Positions 62,048 through 64,000 of a stretch of DNA of 64,000 nucleotides are shown here, piece by piece (the first letter of the stretch is position 1; each line of letters opens with the position of its first letter). Made by a program: the position numbers and the translations under genes. A model generated the notes under the pieces. The model saw only the letters and a list, made by a program, of their open reading frames with translations. It had not been told where the DNA came from and searched no databases. The stretch is from Candidatus Hydrothermarchaeota archaeon (GTDB lineage Archaea > CAYFZR01). The stretch is taken from contig JBHIEG010000002.1 of NCBI GenBank assembly GCA_046760505.1, positions 43,030 to 107,029 of the forward strand, written 5' to 3'.

Positions 62048-63238
62048 TCACACCCATAGCATATGTTTTCTTATCTTTTCAACCGGAAACATCTCCTCCT
62101 TACATCTCAATACAATCTTTAGATTATTGATGTCGTTTTCCCTCAGCATCAGATACGTTAACAGTGGACTGATTCCAAATGGTTGTCTTTTGGAAAGATC
62201 CTTGCCCAGAGCCACCAAACTTTTATCCAGTGCTCTTTCCAGTGGCGTTAAGGAACCATCCTCTTCGTAAGATACTAGTTCATCCATTAAAATCTTACCG
62301 TATTTTGTGCCTTCAAGTGAATTGATTAAGGTAACTACCGATTCTGCCTCAGACAAACTGTCCAAAAAATATTGATGCAAGTCATGTCCGTTGGGGATTA
62401 AAAGTTTTTTTATCTCCTCTGGTAAAAGATTCTCTGCTTTTGCCCTCAATAGCAACTTGATATTGGTGATGTCTATTTCAGATCCAAAAAACAATGCTAG
62501 AGGTCGTGTATTCTCATCAGATACTATAAAAACGCTCTTCCAGAGAAGCGAATAATAATACTTATCCAAGGCAGATTCTAAAAGAAGCAAAGATCTCGAT
62601 TCTTGGTACGCAGAGAGGTGCTCGCTCAGCACTTCGCCATACTCTGTACCCTCGAGTTTTGACACGAATTCTTCGATACTCTTGGAATCTGCTAGAGATT
62701 CATATGTACTCATACCTACGTCTCCTATGGCAAATATAGTATCCATATCAGGATATATTCCTGCATGTATAGATCTTAGTATCTTCTTCAGGTTTTTTAT
62801 TTCCCATCTTTTTTTCCATGTGGCAAAAATTTTTTTTACGTTTTCTGGAGCAAATCTTACAACAGCCTCATAGGAGTCACATAGACACTGATCTAACATT
62901 TTGTCCGCATATTCACTTCCTTTTCCTTCAGCAACTACTTGTGCTACGTATTGACCATATTCCGTACCTTCTAGATTACTTAGAGTTTCTTGAAAAGAGG
63001 CTGATTCCATTATTTCGTTATATTTGGAGGCGGATAACAATCTTGTTTCCATTCCCCTGACTCTGGCATTGGAATAGGCATACGGTGATATATCTATGAC
63101 AAGTCTTAAGATTGGCGTTATAATTCCTATGAATACGATCAATGCTGCTACGATGATTAGACCCAGAAATATTTCTGGATAGTTACCAAAACCCACTTTT
63201 TCTGCTAGACTGCCTATTCCTCCCAGATTCACTACCAA
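62048..63238 (-). CDS. atpC: A/V-type ATP synthase subunit C with N-terminal TM extension
   Basis: PYAY.NARVR.ME, EID..NIK..LR, E....NLK. Confidence 0.93.
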   Translation of the reverse strand: MVVNLGGIGSLAEKVGFGNYPEIFLGLIIVAALIVFIGIITPILRLVIDISPYAYSNARVRGMETRLLSASKYNEIMESASFQETLSNLEGTEYGQYVAQVVAEGKGSEYADKMLDQCLCDSYEAVVRFAPENVKKIFATWKKRWEIKNLKKILRSIHAGIYPDMDTIFAIGDVGMSTYESLADSKSIEEFVSKLEGTEYGEVLSEHLSAYQESRSLLLLESALDKYYYSLLWKSVFIVSDENTRPLALFFGSEIDITNIKLLLRAKAENLLPEEIKKLLIPNGHDLHQYFLDSLSEAESVVTLINSLEGTKYGKILMDELVSYEEDGSLTPLERALDKSLVALGKDLSKRQPFGISPLLTYLMLRENDINNLKIVLRCKEEMFPVEKIRKHMLWV

Positions 63239-63249
63239 ATATGTTCCTC

Positions 63250-63882
63250 CTACTCAAACAAAATTCGGTGTACCTCTGCCCTTAGTGCCTCGGTTTGCCT
63301 CCTTATCCTCTCTTCATATGTATTATCTACCTCCATCTTCCTGTCTTTGGTTTTTACTATAACGCCGCCAAGTCCGGAAATGTTATCTTCAGAGAGGGTT
63401 ATACTCGTCTTTACCTTGGTCTCCTTTTCAATTTCTTTTGCTACGTCGTCCAACAATCCTTTTTCAATGAACTTGGCATCTTCCTTAGTAGCGCTGACAA
63501 TTAAGTCACCTCCACCAATGTTTAATCCTGCCTCCTTTATGAGTCTCTTCAAAATTTCTGAATAGTCTGATCCACCGTACCTCCCTTTTGATCTAATTTC
63601 ATTGATTCTCTTCTTTGAACTCTCAAAGGCTTTGTTAATTATCTCTTCTCCAGCATCCCATTTCATTTTCCTTGTTTTTATTCTAGCATCTGCTATTATT
63701 CTCTGTTTTTCAAGAAAAGCCTCTCTTTCGCCTTTTTCAACGATATCTGCCTTTTTCCTCTCTGACTGCATCTTGGCTCGTGCTAGTATCTTTTCTGCTT
63801 TGGATCTAGCATCGTTTAATATGGATCGCACCTTTTCATCCGTTTCTTGTGAAATCTTTTCCACTATTTTCTCTACACCCAA
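63250..63882 (-). CDS. atpE: A/V-type ATP synthase subunit E
   Basis: TTG 63882 after GGAGGT; GGVIV...DNT.E.R; ILFE end. Confidence 0.93.
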   Translation of the reverse strand: MGVEKIVEKISQETDEKVRSILNDARSKAEKILARAKMQSERKKADIVEKGEREAFLEKQRIIADARIKTRKMKWDAGEEIINKAFESSKKRINEIRSKGRYGGSDYSEILKRLIKEAGLNIGGGDLIVSATKEDAKFIEKGLLDDVAKEIEKETKVKTSITLSEDNISGLGGVIVKTKDRKMEVDNTYEERIRRQTEALRAEVHRILFE

Positions 63883-63904
63883 TCGTAAACCTCCATGAGA
63901 TCTT

Positions 63905-64000
63905 TCAACCAAATAGTCCTGCACCATACATTATGAGTATGGCTATTAACAGGCCAAATATCGCGAACGTCTCGGACATTACCGAGAGGACTAGACTTTT
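63905..64000 (-). CDS. atpK: 3' end of ATP synthase proteolipid subunit K/c, partial
   Basis: KSLVLSVMSETFAIFGLLIAILIMYGAGLFG* with ion-binding Glu. Confidence 0.9.
   Translation of the reverse strand, partial: KSLVLSVMSETFAIFGLLIAILIMYGAGLFG

Noticed and set aside
63100-63238. TM extension on ATP synthase subunit C
   Set aside because: As I recall, a known feature of several euryarchaeal subunit C proteins

Overview
AT-rich, gene-dense archaeal chromosome segment with euryarchaeal-type gene content: archaeal ADH/DHQ-synthase-II shikimate entry, topo VI, a Methanococcal/Thermococcal-type S-layer homologue, NAC and an A1Ao ATP synthase. It is mostly housekeeping: aromatic amino acid biosynthesis, top6BA, pheT, an SsuA/TauA-type ABC transporter, nurA-herA, moaDE, XPF, Lhr, a P-type ATPase, glycosyltransferases, lysC and atp(K)ECFABD. 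I saw no rRNA, tRNA, CRISPR array or transposase. Four things stand out. (1) A ~26-34.7 kb surface-cytochrome locus holds two paralogous secreted, sequon-rich tetraheme c-type cytochromes, an ~8-heme cytochrome, a split CcmF-like heme lyase and three S26 signal-peptidase homologues (one Ig-fused, one apparently catalytically dead, one lacking a canonical start codon); it is a candidate cytochrome-nanowire system with dedicated processing. (2) An ORF at 20364-21065 carries the Zn-ligand and catalytic motif set of bacterial LpxC but lacks the acyl-binding insert. (3) Two promoter-preceded hairpins with different stems share a CYUUCCCCA loop motif (candidate small RNA family). (4) Several genes have conserved N-termini that require non-AUG/GUG/UUG starts. 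All family calls come from motif recognition by eye; no searches were run.
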